Source: Gemmatimonadota bacterium (GTDB taxonomy: Bacteria; Gemmatimonadota; Gemmatimonadetes; Palauibacterales; Palauibacteraceae). Taken from it: a stretch of 60,307 nucleotides of DNA. The notes under the pieces were generated by a model. It was not told where the DNA came from and did no database searches. It was given only the letters and a program-made list of their open reading frames with translations. Position 1 is the stretch's first letter. Every line of letters starts with the position of its first letter. Of this stretch, positions 39,330 to 48,781 are shown one piece after another. Location of the stretch: NCBI GenBank assembly GCA_039588275.1, contig JBDHAC010000058.1, positions 1-60,307 of the forward strand. Direction: 5' to 3'. Both the position numbers and the translations under genes were made by a program.

Positions 39330-40477
39330 TGGCGCGCGTACTGGGCATCGAAGTGATGCCCGTTCGACCGAGCGCCGGGGCGCCCTGGTGGGTGCGGCGG
39401 GGACTCCTGCTGGTGACCGGGGTCCTGGTGGTCTTCGGCCTGATCTCGGTGTACAGCGCGAGCTCCTTCGTGGCCCAGTCGAGAGGGCTGCCGGACAGCC
39501 ACTTCCTCGTCCAGCAGATCGCCCGGGTCGCGGTAGGAGCGATCGCGCTGCTCGTCGCGACGTTCATCGACTACCGGATCTACAAGCGGATCGCCTGGCC
39601 GCTCCTGGTGCTCGTGGCCGTCCTCCTCGTTTTGCTTCTCCTCCCGTGGACGCGCGAGTTCGCGCCGGTTCGAAACGGAGCGCGCCGCTGGATCGATCTC
39701 GGCGTCGCGTTCCAGCCGTCGGAGCTCGCCAAGATCGCGATCGTGATGTGGACGGCCGCCCTCGCCGTGAAGAAGCAGGACCGACTCGGAAGCCTCCGAT
39801 ACGGCTTGCTCCCGTTCATGCTGGTCGCGGGTCCGATCTGTCTGCTGATTCTCGCCGAGCCGCACTTCTCGGCGACGATGATCAGCGCCGCCCTGGTTCT
39901 CATCGTCCTATTCGCGGCGGGCGCGCGCCTGGGACACTTCGTGTTCATCGGCGCGGCCACTCTTCCCCTCGTCCTCGACCAGGTCGTGAACACCGGGTAC
40001 CGGATGAACCGGATCCTGGCGTTCCTGAACCCCGCGCTCGACGCGGACGGCGTCGGATACCAGCTGCGGCAGTCCCTCGTGGCGGTAGGCTCGGGCGGAG
40101 TGTTCGGAGTCGGGTTCGGAGAGAGCACTCAGAAGCTGTTCTATCTTCCCGAGCCGCAGAACGACTTCATCTACCCGATCATCGCCGAGGAATGGGGCCT
40201 CGCAGGCGCCAGCGTGCTCATCCTCTTGTACCTGGCCTGGACCCTGTTCGGGCTTCGCATAGCCGCCTCCGCCCCGGATCTGTTCGGGCGCCTGCTCGCG
40301 ATCGGCCTGACCGCGATCGTCGCGATCGGCGCGTTCGGGCACATCGGTGTCACCATCGGCCTGCTGCCCACGACCGGGGTGAGCCTGCCGTTCATCAGCG
40401 CGGGCGGAACGGGGCTCGTGCTGGCGATGGGGGTCACGGGGATCCTCTACAACATCGCGGCGCAGCGGAGATGTTGA
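39326..40477 (+). CDS. ftsW: SEDS peptidoglycan polymerase FtsW
   Basis: NGARRWI, FQPSELAK, GYQ..QS, LPEPQNDFI..EEWG, LPFISAGG; multiple TM helices. Confidence 0.95.
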   Translation: MMARVLGIEVMPVRPSAGAPWWVRRGLLLVTGVLVVFGLISVYSASSFVAQSRGLPDSHFLVQQIARVAVGAIALLVATFIDYRIYKRIAWPLLVLVAVLLVLLLLPWTREFAPVRNGARRWIDLGVAFQPSELAKIAIVMWTAALAVKKQDRLGSLRYGLLPFMLVAGPICLLILAEPHFSATMISAALVLIVLFAAGARLGHFVFIGAATLPLVLDQVVNTGYRMNRILAFLNPALDADGVGYQLRQSLVAVGSGGVFGVGFGESTQKLFYLPEPQNDFIYPIIAEEWGLAGASVLILLYLAWTLFGLRIAASAPDLFGRLLAIGLTAIVAIGAFGHIGVTIGLLPTTGVSLPFISAGGTGLVLAMGVTGILYNIAAQRRC

Positions 40478-40480
40478 GCC

Positions 40481-41749
40481 GTGGCGCCGCTCAAGATCTT
40501 GCTCGCGGGGGGCGGGACGGGTGGGCACCTGTACCCGGCGCTCAACATCGCGCAGGCCCTGGCTCGAGCCGAGCCCGGCGCCCGGTTCCTGTTCATCGGG
40601 AGTCGGCGGGGGTTGGAGGCACGGGTGCTCCCGGAGACCGGCTACCCGTACCACCTGCTTCCGCTGCAGCCGCTGTACCGCCAGCGACCCTGGCGCAACT
40701 GGCGACTGCTGGCGGCGATGCCGGCCGTGGCGGCGGGGATCGCGCGGGAGTTCCGCCGTTTCGATCCGCACCTCGTGGTGGGTACCGGCGGCTACGTCTC
40801 CGGTCCTGCGGTCGCCTGGGGCCGGCTGAAGGGGTGTCGGACGGCGATCCAGGAGCAGAACGCGCAGCCGGGCCTTGTGACACGCCTGCTTTCGGCCCGC
40901 GTCGACCAGCTCCACCTGGGTTACCCGGAAGCGGAATCGCGCCTGCGGGTCTCCGCGAGGGCGCGCGTGTTCGCGTTCGGCAATCCGGTGTCGAAGCCGA
41001 TCCTACCCGACGGTACGGAGCCGTACGCATGGCCGCCCGGGCGTGTGCTGCTGGTGGTAGGTGGGAGCCAGGGGGCGAAGGGTCTGAACGACCGGTTGCT
41101 CGAGGATCTGGAACGGGCAGCCTCGAGACTTTCGGTGGAGAGCACGGCCGCGGTCGATGCGCGGTCGGGTCCCCGCGCGCGGCGGGGGCCCGGCGAGGCG
41201 ACGTCGGCCGCCCGTGCCTCCACTCCCCGGACCTGGCCAGCGGACCTCTCATTGGTGTGGATCGCGGGTCCGGCGCACGCGGAGGCCGTCTCGGAGCGGG
41301 TGGCGCGGCTCCCGTGGGCCGATCGGATTCGGGTCGTGCCGTTCATCGAGGGGCTGGGAGCCCAGCTCGACCGTGCCACGCTGGCGGTGGCAAGGGCGGG
41401 GGCGATGCTCATCTCGGAGTTCTCAGCCAACGGTGTTCCGGCCGTGTTCGTTCCGCTTCCGACCGCCGCGGGTGGACACCAAACGCCGAACGCGCAGGCC
41501 ATGGTCGAAGCCGGCGCGGCAGAGATGCGAGAACAGGGTGCACTGGAGCCGGGCGAGCTGTGGGCGCTGTGCGCCGAGCTGCTCGCGGATGCGGAGAAGC
41601 TCGGCCGCATGGCGGAGGCGACGCGGGCGCGCGCACACCCCGATGCGGCGGACAGGATCGCGGATGCGCTTTTGAGGCTGGCACGGGGCGAGTCTTCGAA
41701 CGGGTGTGGCAGGGCGCAGGGTGGTGGAGCGGATGATGGTGATGGCTAA
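40481..41749 (+). CDS. murG: Lipid II GlcNAc transferase
   Basis: GGGTGGHLYP, GTGGYVS, EQN, GNP, GGSQGA, RAGA, HQ..NA. Confidence 0.95.
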   Translation: MAPLKILLAGGGTGGHLYPALNIAQALARAEPGARFLFIGSRRGLEARVLPETGYPYHLLPLQPLYRQRPWRNWRLLAAMPAVAAGIAREFRRFDPHLVVGTGGYVSGPAVAWGRLKGCRTAIQEQNAQPGLVTRLLSARVDQLHLGYPEAESRLRVSARARVFAFGNPVSKPILPDGTEPYAWPPGRVLLVVGGSQGAKGLNDRLLEDLERAASRLSVESTAAVDARSGPRARRGPGEATSAARASTPRTWPADLSLVWIAGPAHAEAVSERVARLPWADRIRVVPFIEGLGAQLDRATLAVARAGAMLISEFSANGVPAVFVPLPTAAGGHQTPNAQAMVEAGAAEMREQGALEPGELWALCAELLADAEKLGRMAEATRARAHPDAADRIADALLRLARGESSNGCGRAQGGGADDGDG

Positions 41750-43172
41750 CCCTGTCACGCCCGTTCGAGGTGTGTCCGGCGATCTCCCGACCCGGGATGA
41801 GCTGCCACGGGTGGGAAGCGAGATCCATCTGATGGGAATCGCGGGCGCGGGCATGCGCGGTCTCGCCGTGCTCCTCGCCGAGGCCGGGTACCGGGTCACC
41901 GGGTGCGACGGGGCCGGTGTCGAGGGGCTCGATGAGCTGGTGGCGCGCGGAGTCCGGCTACACGCGGGGCACGATCCGGCGCATACGGCGGGCTCGGACC
42001 TCGTCGTATACAGCTCGGCCATCCCGCACGAGAGCCCGGAGCTCGCCGCGGCGCGCGCCGCGGCCGTGCCACTGCTCAAGCGAGCCCGCGCGCTGGGGGC
42101 GTTGCTGCGGGGCGCGCGAGTGCTGGGGGTGGCGGGCACGCATGGCAAGACGACGATCACGGCGCTCACAGGATTGGCGTGCGAAGCGGCGGATCTCGAT
42201 CCGACGGTACTCGTCGGCGGTCTCATGCCGTGGTGGAGGGGCTTCGCCCGGGCCGGTTCGCCGGATCTGATCGTCGTAGAGGCGGACGAATACGATCGCT
42301 CGTTCCTCGAGCTCGATGCGGCGCTCGCGGTCGTCAGCTCGCTCGAGCCGGAGCACCTCGACACGTACGGCACCGTCGAGGCCCTGCGTGAAGCCTACGA
42401 GACGTTCGCCTCACGGGCGATCGCCCGCGACGGCCTCGTCTACTGCCATGACGATGCCGGGGCGCGCGCACTCGGCGAGAGCTTCGAGAGCCCCCTCTCG
42501 TACGGGTTCGCGTCCGACGCTCGGTACCGGCTGGAGATCGAGGCGTCGACCGTCGAGACGACCGCCTGCCGGGTATCCTGGCCGGAGGGACAGGCCCGCT
42601 TCAACCTTCGCATCCCCGGGAGGCACAACGCGCTCAACGCCGCGGCCGCATTCGCGTCGGCGCTTCAGATCGGAGCGGACCCGGAGCTGATCGCCGCCGG
42701 TCTCGAACGGTTCAAGGGCGTAGCGAGACGCCTCGAGACGCTGCTCGTATCGGGACGGGTGACGGTCGTGGACGATTACGCGCATCACCCGACGGAGGTC
42801 GCCGCGTCGATCGCCGCGCTTCGCACGCACCACGCCGACGCGCGGCTCGTGGTCGTGTTCCAGCCACACCTGTTCACGCGCACGGCGGCGTTCGCGGCCG
42901 AGTTCGCGGAGGCGCTCGTGGGCGCCGACGAAACGCTCGTGCTACCGATCTATCCGTCGCGCGAACGCCCGATCGAAGGGGTGACGTCGGCGCGCATCGT
43001 AGCACATGCGCCGGACCGGCTACGAGAGGCCTCGAAGGAAGAGGCGGTAGAGCTCGCCGCGGCGGTGGCCCCGGAGGAGCCGACGGTGATCGTGTACATG
43101 GGTGCCGGCGATGTGACGCGACTCGCGCACGAAGCGGCCGGGGAGCTATCGGGCGATGCGGTGGGACCGTGA
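41733..43172 (+). CDS. murC: UDP-MurNAc:L-Ala ligase
   Basis: GIAGAGM, AGTHGKTT, EADEYD, DDYAHHPTE, FQPH, MGAG; start among 41733/41736/41742. Confidence 0.95.
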   Translation: MMVMANPVTPVRGVSGDLPTRDELPRVGSEIHLMGIAGAGMRGLAVLLAEAGYRVTGCDGAGVEGLDELVARGVRLHAGHDPAHTAGSDLVVYSSAIPHESPELAAARAAAVPLLKRARALGALLRGARVLGVAGTHGKTTITALTGLACEAADLDPTVLVGGLMPWWRGFARAGSPDLIVVEADEYDRSFLELDAALAVVSSLEPEHLDTYGTVEALREAYETFASRAIARDGLVYCHDDAGARALGESFESPLSYGFASDARYRLEIEASTVETTACRVSWPEGQARFNLRIPGRHNALNAAAAFASALQIGADPELIAAGLERFKGVARRLETLLVSGRVTVVDDYAHHPTEVAASIAALRTHHADARLVVVFQPHLFTRTAAFAAEFAEALVGADETLVLPIYPSRERPIEGVTSARIVAHAPDRLREASKEEAVELAAAVAPEEPTVIVYMGAGDVTRLAHEAAGELSGDAVGP

Positions 43173-44049
43173 CGTGCTGCTGTCAGCGCACACGCGCTAC
43201 GGAATCGGAGGGCCGGCCGCTCGTCTCGCGCGACCCGAATCCCTCCGGGACTTGCGCCAGGCGATCGAGTCTCTCGGCGGTGGCGCGTATCGAGTGCTGG
43301 GAGCGGGGGCCAACGTCCTGGTGGCGGACGAAGGAGTGGTTGAGCCGGTCCTCATCCTCGCCGGCGAGTTCGACTTCGTCCATGCCGAAGCCGGTGCGAT
43401 CGAAGCGGGCGCGGCGGCGAAGCTCCCCGCGCTCGTGGGAACCGCCCGGAGAGAATCGCGGACGGGGTTCAGCTTCCTGGAGGCGGTACCCGGCACGGTG
43501 GGCGGAGGCCTGCGCATGAACGCGGGCTCGCGGGACGTGTGGCTGTGGCACCGGGTCGAGTGGGCGGAGGCGATGACGCCGGAGGGCGAGATCGTACGCC
43601 TCGACGCCGAGGAGGCCGGAGCGGGCTACCGGAGCGTCCAGGTGCCGGAGCTGTGGGTGTTCGTGGCCGGGCGGTTCGCCGCCCCGGCGGGCGATCACGG
43701 GACGATTCAGGAAGAGCACCAGACCTTCCGTGCGAGGAAGGTCGTGGACCAGGTCTACGAGCTTCCCTCGGTAGGCTCGACCTGGAAGAATCCCGGGCCG
43801 CCCCACGGGTCGGCATGGGAGATCGTCGATCGCGTCGGCATGCGCGGCGCGCGTCGGGGCGACGCACAAATCGCCGAGCGTCACGCGAACTTCATCGTGA
43901 ACCTTGGCGAGGCGCGCGCCGAGGATGTGCTCGGGCTCATGATCGAGACCCGGCATCGGGCCCACGATGCGTTGGGACTGTGGCTCGAGCCGGAGATCTG
44001 TCTGTGGGGATTCGAAGCGGAGCGATTGCAGCTGGTGGGGGCGACGTGA
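43156..44049 (+). CDS. murB: UDP-N-acetylenolpyruvoylglucosamine reductase
   Basis: GIGGPA, GAGANVL, PGTVGG..MNAG, GSTWKNP, HANFIVN, LEPE. Confidence 0.93.
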   Translation: MRWDRDVLLSAHTRYGIGGPAARLARPESLRDLRQAIESLGGGAYRVLGAGANVLVADEGVVEPVLILAGEFDFVHAEAGAIEAGAAAKLPALVGTARRESRTGFSFLEAVPGTVGGGLRMNAGSRDVWLWHRVEWAEAMTPEGEIVRLDAEEAGAGYRSVQVPELWVFVAGRFAAPAGDHGTIQEEHQTFRARKVVDQVYELPSVGSTWKNPGPPHGSAWEIVDRVGMRGARRGDAQIAERHANFIVNLGEARAEDVLGLMIETRHRAHDALGLWLEPEICLWGFEAERLQLVGAT

Positions 44050-44056
44050 GGTCGGG

Positions 44057-44809
44057 ATGCGGCTGCTCGAACGGTTGACGCGAAGGACGCGGCGTCGGGC
44101 CTTCGTGGTGCTGACGGGGGGCATCATCGGTCTCAGCGTACCCTTGTGGGTGCCTCGGATGCTCGCGTCCCTGCCCGCGTTTCGCGTCGAGACGGTTCGC
44201 GTCGTCGGGGTCCAGTACGTCGCCCCGACGGAGGTGATCGGTCTGGCGGCAGTAGGACCGGAGGCCTCCGTATGGGACGATCCGTCCGTATGGGAGGCGC
44301 GGGTCGAGACGCACCCGCTCGTTCTCGAGGCTCGCGTCCGGCGTGACGGGATCCGTGCCATCTCGATCCAGGTCGTCGAGGATCGCCCGGTGGCGCTGGT
44401 GGCGACGCCCACCCTGCTACCCGTGAGCGCGGAGGGGCGTGTCCTTCCCCTGGAGCCATGGACCGCGGCCGTCGATCTCCCCCTGCTCACGGGCCACGCA
44501 GAGCTGGAGGACGGTCGCCTGGCCGATCCTCTCCAGCGGGACCTGGTCGCGCTGATCGGGGAGCTGGGGGCACGGGATCCCGAGTTCGTGCAGCAGGTCT
44601 CGGAGTTCGGCTACGCGTCCGGGCGAGGATACGAGTTTCTCATGCTCCCGACCGCGAGTGCGAGCCGGGTCCTCCTGCCGGTCGTCGAGCCGGGCCGTGG
44701 CCTCCGACGGGTTCTTCTGGCGCTCGGTCAGACCCGCGAGGATCGGATATGGATGGCGGACGCCCGGTATGCTGACCAGGTCGTGCTGTCGTTGGAGGCC
44801 GAACGATGA
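44057..44809 (+). CDS. ftsQ: Cell division protein FtsQ/DivIB
   Basis: Basic N-terminus, TM, POTRA-like region, VEDRPVA, D.RY..QVV; position before ftsA. Confidence 0.8.
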   Translation: MRLLERLTRRTRRRAFVVLTGGIIGLSVPLWVPRMLASLPAFRVETVRVVGVQYVAPTEVIGLAAVGPEASVWDDPSVWEARVETHPLVLEARVRRDGIRAISIQVVEDRPVALVATPTLLPVSAEGRVLPLEPWTAAVDLPLLTGHAELEDGRLADPLQRDLVALIGELGARDPEFVQQVSEFGYASGRGYEFLMLPTASASRVLLPVVEPGRGLRRVLLALGQTREDRIWMADARYADQVVLSLEAER

Positions 44810-46035
44810 TCGGCGGCTCGACGGTATTGGCCGGACTGGACATCGGGTCCACGCAGACGCGTGCCGTGATCGCCGAAGCACGCCTGCGGCAAGAGTCGCC
44901 CGAGCTGCTCGACATCATCGGTGTGGGAGCGGTTCCATCGCAGGGCATGAAGGGCGCCACGATCACCCACCTGGAAGCCGCGACCCGCTCCGTGCGGCGC
45001 GCGATCCAGCAGGCAGAGGTCATGGCGGGGCGCGAGGTAGAGTCGATCTACGTCGGGGTCCCGGGTCCGCACGTCGAGATCTCGCGGTCGCGGGGCGTGG
45101 TCGCCGTCTCCGGTGCCGAGATCACGCCGGGCCACGTGAAGCGCGTACAGGAAGTCGGCCAGGCGGTCCCCGTCCCACGCGATCGCGACCTCATCCACGC
45201 CATCTGCCAGGAATACGCTGTGGACGGGCGTGACGGCATTCAGGATCCGGTCGGCATGGTGGCCACCAGACTCGAATCCGAGGTGTGCATCGTTACGGCC
45301 GAATCCACGGTGTGTCGCGATCTCAGCAAGGCCGTGGACCGGGCCGGGTACCGCCCCGAGGAGTTGATCATGTCTCCCCTCGCCAGCGGCATGGCCGTCC
45401 TCGCCGATGTCGATCGCGAGGCCGGTGTCGCGCTGGTGGATCTGGGCGGAGCGAGCACCGACCTCCTGGTCTACGTGAACCGCCGGCTGCGTCACGTGGC
45501 GAGCGTCCCCTGGGGCAGCGCGAGCGTGACGCGCGACATCGCCCGCGGCCTCGGGGTCCCGGAAGAGGAGGCGAGTCGCCTGAAGGCGCGCTACGGCGTC
45601 GCACGACGCAGGGCCGTCGACCCGAAAGAGCAGCTCGAGGTGTCGGGTGCGTCGCTCGGATCGAATCGGCGTGTCTCGCGGGAGCTGCTGGCCCACATCA
45701 TCGAGCAGCGCTTGGACGAAGTCCTCGGGCTCATCTACGAAGAGCTCGAGCGCGAGGAACTGCTCGACAGGCTCGGGGCCGGCGTCGTGCTGACGGGGTG
45801 CGGGGCGGGGCTGCCCGAAACCGAGGCGCTGGCGCGGTCGGTGTTCAACCTTCCGGTTCGGCTGGGCGTCCCGGGGCGCGGCCTGTCAGGAAAAACGGAC
45901 GCGTTGAGAGAGGCCGCCTTCACGGCGAGCGCGGGGCTGGCGCTGTTCGGGAACCTGAGGCGCCAATCGGGCGGATGGACGGGCGCGACCCGCACGCTGT
46001 CACGGGTCGGAGAATGGTTGAGGGATTTCTTTTGA
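44806..46035 (+). CDS. ftsA: Cell division protein FtsA
   Basis: GLDIGST, VDG..GI.DPVGM, VDLGG, VVLTG. Confidence 0.96.
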   Translation: MIGGSTVLAGLDIGSTQTRAVIAEARLRQESPELLDIIGVGAVPSQGMKGATITHLEAATRSVRRAIQQAEVMAGREVESIYVGVPGPHVEISRSRGVVAVSGAEITPGHVKRVQEVGQAVPVPRDRDLIHAICQEYAVDGRDGIQDPVGMVATRLESEVCIVTAESTVCRDLSKAVDRAGYRPEELIMSPLASGMAVLADVDREAGVALVDLGGASTDLLVYVNRRLRHVASVPWGSASVTRDIARGLGVPEEEASRLKARYGVARRRAVDPKEQLEVSGASLGSNRRVSRELLAHIIEQRLDEVLGLIYEELEREELLDRLGAGVVLTGCGAGLPETEALARSVFNLPVRLGVPGRGLSGKTDALREAAFTASAGLALFGNLRRQSGGWTGATRTLSRVGEWLRDFF

Positions 46036-46186
46036 GCGGTTCGCGGGCTCTCGCCGTCGAGTGGGGGCCTCGAGCCGAGTCGTCACATATAGGGCAGGGG
46101 GCTCGGTACGATGAGCCCCGAGCGTTTCCGACGGAACGGTTCGCGGCAGAGACCAGGTGAACGGGCGAAAGAAAGCGGGGGTGCAA

Positions 46187-47359
46187 ATGGTCTTCGAGTT
46201 CGATGACGACATCGCGCGCAACGCGCGGATGAAAGTGGTGGGGGTGGGCGGTGCCGGCGGGAATGCCGTGAACCGCATGATCGACGAGAGCCTGGAAGGC
46301 GTGGAGTTCATCGCCGTCAACACGGACCTGCAGGCGCTCCACAAGTCCAACTCGCACATCAAGGTGCAGATCGGCAAGCACCTGACGCGCGGACTGGGCG
46401 CAGGCGCACGGCCGGAGATCGGACGGCAAGCGATCGCCGAGAGCGAGGATGAGGTCCGCCAGGTTCTCGACGGCGCTGATCTCGTGTTCGTGACGGCGGG
46501 GATGGGCGGCGGGACGGGGACCGGAGCTGCGCCCATCATCGGCCGGTTGGCCCGAGAGGGAGGGGCTCTGTGCATCGCCATCGTAACGCGTCCCTTCCAC
46601 TTCGAGGGCAAGCGTCGCATGCGACACGCCGAGCTGGGCATGCGCGAGCTTCGGCGCGCCGTGGACACGATGATCGTCGTGCCCAACGAGCGGCTGCTCG
46701 CCGTCGTGGGCCGCGAGACGACCTTCCGCGATGCGCTCAAGAAGGCGGACGAGGTGCTCCTGCACGCGACGCAGGGGATCTCGGACCTGATCAGCGTCAC
46801 CGGTGAAGTGAACGTGGACTTTGCGGATGTCCGCACGGTGATGTCGAATCGGGGCGCCGCGCTGATGGGGACGGGGCAGGCCAGCGGCGACGATCGCGCG
46901 GTCGAGGCGGCCCAGCACGCGATTTGCTCTCCTCTACTCGACAACGTATCGATTAACGGCGCCACAGGGGTGCTGGTGAACATCACGGGCGGCCCCGACA
47001 TGACGATCGATGAGGTCACGACGATCAACTCGATCATCCAGGAGGCGGCGGGCGAAGATGGCGAGATGATCTTCGGCGTCGTCGAGGATCCCGACCTGAA
47101 GGGGTTGGTGCGGGTGACCGTCATCGCGACCGGGTTTGGCGAGGTCGTGGAAGATGAGGAGGAGCTGCCGGCGGCTCACTCCCGTCCCGAGCCGGTCGTC
47201 ATCGGCTCGAAGTTCGGCGGGTTGCAGCTCGTGGAGGAGCAGGAGGCGGCGGCGGCGAAAGTGGCTGCCGAGAGCGGCGCCGGCGATGGCTGGAACGAGC
47301 CAGAGGAAGACGGCGAGGATCTGGAGATCCCGACCTTCATCCGGAGGCAGATGGACTAG
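46187..47359 (+). CDS. ftsZ: Cell division protein FtsZ
   Basis: VGGAGGNAVN, GGGTGTG, NVDFAD, C-terminal LEIPTFIRRQMD. Confidence 0.98.
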   Translation: MVFEFDDDIARNARMKVVGVGGAGGNAVNRMIDESLEGVEFIAVNTDLQALHKSNSHIKVQIGKHLTRGLGAGARPEIGRQAIAESEDEVRQVLDGADLVFVTAGMGGGTGTGAAPIIGRLAREGGALCIAIVTRPFHFEGKRRMRHAELGMRELRRAVDTMIVVPNERLLAVVGRETTFRDALKKADEVLLHATQGISDLISVTGEVNVDFADVRTVMSNRGAALMGTGQASGDDRAVEAAQHAICSPLLDNVSINGATGVLVNITGGPDMTIDEVTTINSIIQEAAGEDGEMIFGVVEDPDLKGLVRVTVIATGFGEVVEDEEELPAAHSRPEPVVIGSKFGGLQLVEEQEAAAAKVAAESGAGDGWNEPEEDGEDLEIPTFIRRQMD

Positions 47360-48655
47360 GTGCGAGGCAGTCGGAACAGGCTCGCCCTCCGGGGCGTTAC
47401 CGTTGGCGTTCTTGCCGGGTTTGGCATATGGCTGCTGGTCCGGGGATCTGACGATTCCTCAGGATCGGTACGGACCGTCTACGTCCCTACGCCACCCCCG
47501 CATATAACGGTCGTAGACAGCCTGAAGTCGGGGCAGACGCTAGCGGAGGTCTTCGACGCGCATGGTCTGAGCGGTCTCCAGATCATGCGCGTCGTCGAGA
47601 AGATCGAGGAGTTCGAGAGTCCGCGCAGGTTACGGCCCGGGACTCTCGTCCACCTCGCCATGCGCCCCGAGGAGCCTCCCTCGCGGATCACGCTCCGGCT
47701 CGACCGGGACCGCACCCTGTATCTGTACCCGGACGGCGAGGAGGGCGCCTGGGACGGAAGGCTCGACTCCGTGCAGGTGGTTCGCGATACGATCCTGATC
47801 GCGGGGCTGGTGAATTCGAACCTGTACGAGGCGGGTTTGACGGGCGACGTCGATCGACTGGCGCCCGGTGAGAGGTACGACGTTGCCCGTCGGCTCGAGC
47901 TGATCTTCGCGTGGCAGATCGACTTCTGGCGGGATATCCAGCCCGGCGATGGGTATCGGGTCGCGATCGCGCGGGAAGTCCGTCCGGACGGCACGATCCG
48001 CAGCGCACGAGTGCTCGCGGCCGAGTTTCGCAACCGGGACCGGGACCTCACGGCGGCTCGCTTCCGCCCGGACAGCATGGCGCCGGTGGAGTACTACGAT
48101 TTCGAGGGGGAAGCGGTACGCGGCCAGTTCCTGCTCGCTCCGATAGACCTGGCCCGAGTCACGAGCGGGTTCGGCAGACGGTACCATCCCATTCTCAAGC
48201 GGCGGCGTCCGCACCTGGGTCTGGACTACGGAGCGCCGACCGGTACGCCCGTGCGGGCCACCGGTGGCGGGATCGTCACGCGGGCCGGTCGCTGGGGCAC
48301 GTACGGCAACATCGTCGAAGTCCGGCACGCGAACAACTTGCGGACGCGGTACGCGCATCTGAGCCGCATCTCCGGCGGTGTGACGGTTGGCGTACGAGTG
48401 GATCAAGGGCAGGTGATCGGCCGCGTGGGCTCCACGGGGCTCTCGACCGCGTCGCACCTGCATTACGAGTTCCTCAAGAACGGCACGCACGTGAATCCGG
48501 CCCGTCTGAATCTGCCGCGCGCCGAACCCGTGCCACCCGAGCACCGTGAGCTCTTCAACGCCGCGAGAGACGCGGCCTTTGCCGTCCTGGAGGGGATCCG
48601 GATGCCCGCGGAGACAGATCCGTCGCGCGTCGGGTTCTCCCGTCTGGAGGACTAG
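47360..48655 (+). CDS. M23 family metallopeptidase (MepM/Csd3-like), membrane-anchored
   Basis: HLGLD (HxxxD), YAHL, HLHYE (HxH); N-terminal TM; GTG directly follows ftsZ stop. Confidence 0.92.
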   Translation: MRGSRNRLALRGVTVGVLAGFGIWLLVRGSDDSSGSVRTVYVPTPPPHITVVDSLKSGQTLAEVFDAHGLSGLQIMRVVEKIEEFESPRRLRPGTLVHLAMRPEEPPSRITLRLDRDRTLYLYPDGEEGAWDGRLDSVQVVRDTILIAGLVNSNLYEAGLTGDVDRLAPGERYDVARRLELIFAWQIDFWRDIQPGDGYRVAIAREVRPDGTIRSARVLAAEFRNRDRDLTAARFRPDSMAPVEYYDFEGEAVRGQFLLAPIDLARVTSGFGRRYHPILKRRRPHLGLDYGAPTGTPVRATGGGIVTRAGRWGTYGNIVEVRHANNLRTRYAHLSRISGGVTVGVRVDQGQVIGRVGSTGLSTASHLHYEFLKNGTHVNPARLNLPRAEPVPPEHRELFNAARDAAFAVLEGIRMPAETDPSRVGFSRLED

Positions 48656-48682
48656 CAGGCCGCTGAAGAACTCCAGCGGGCC
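48652..48682 (+). repeat. Dispersed REP/MITE-like hairpin repeat, copy 2
   Basis: CTAGCAGG-CCGCTG-aagaactc-CAGCGG-GCC; 26/28 identical to 55591-55618; TAG is the M23 stop codon. Confidence 0.7.
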
Positions 48683-48781
48683 GCGTTCCGAGCACGGGGT
48701 ACCCGCGCCAGCGGGTCCGGGTAGATCCAGAACGGCGCGACGGCGCGATCGACGTCCCCATCGATGTGTCGGTAGGCGCTC

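Noticed and set aside
39133..41736. Long alternative-frame and antisense ORFs (e.g. 867 aa here; also 24917-26638 and 33686-35293 on the minus strand)
   Set aside because: Arg/Gly/Pro-rich shadow ORFs expected in high-GC DNA, overlapping well-supported genes.
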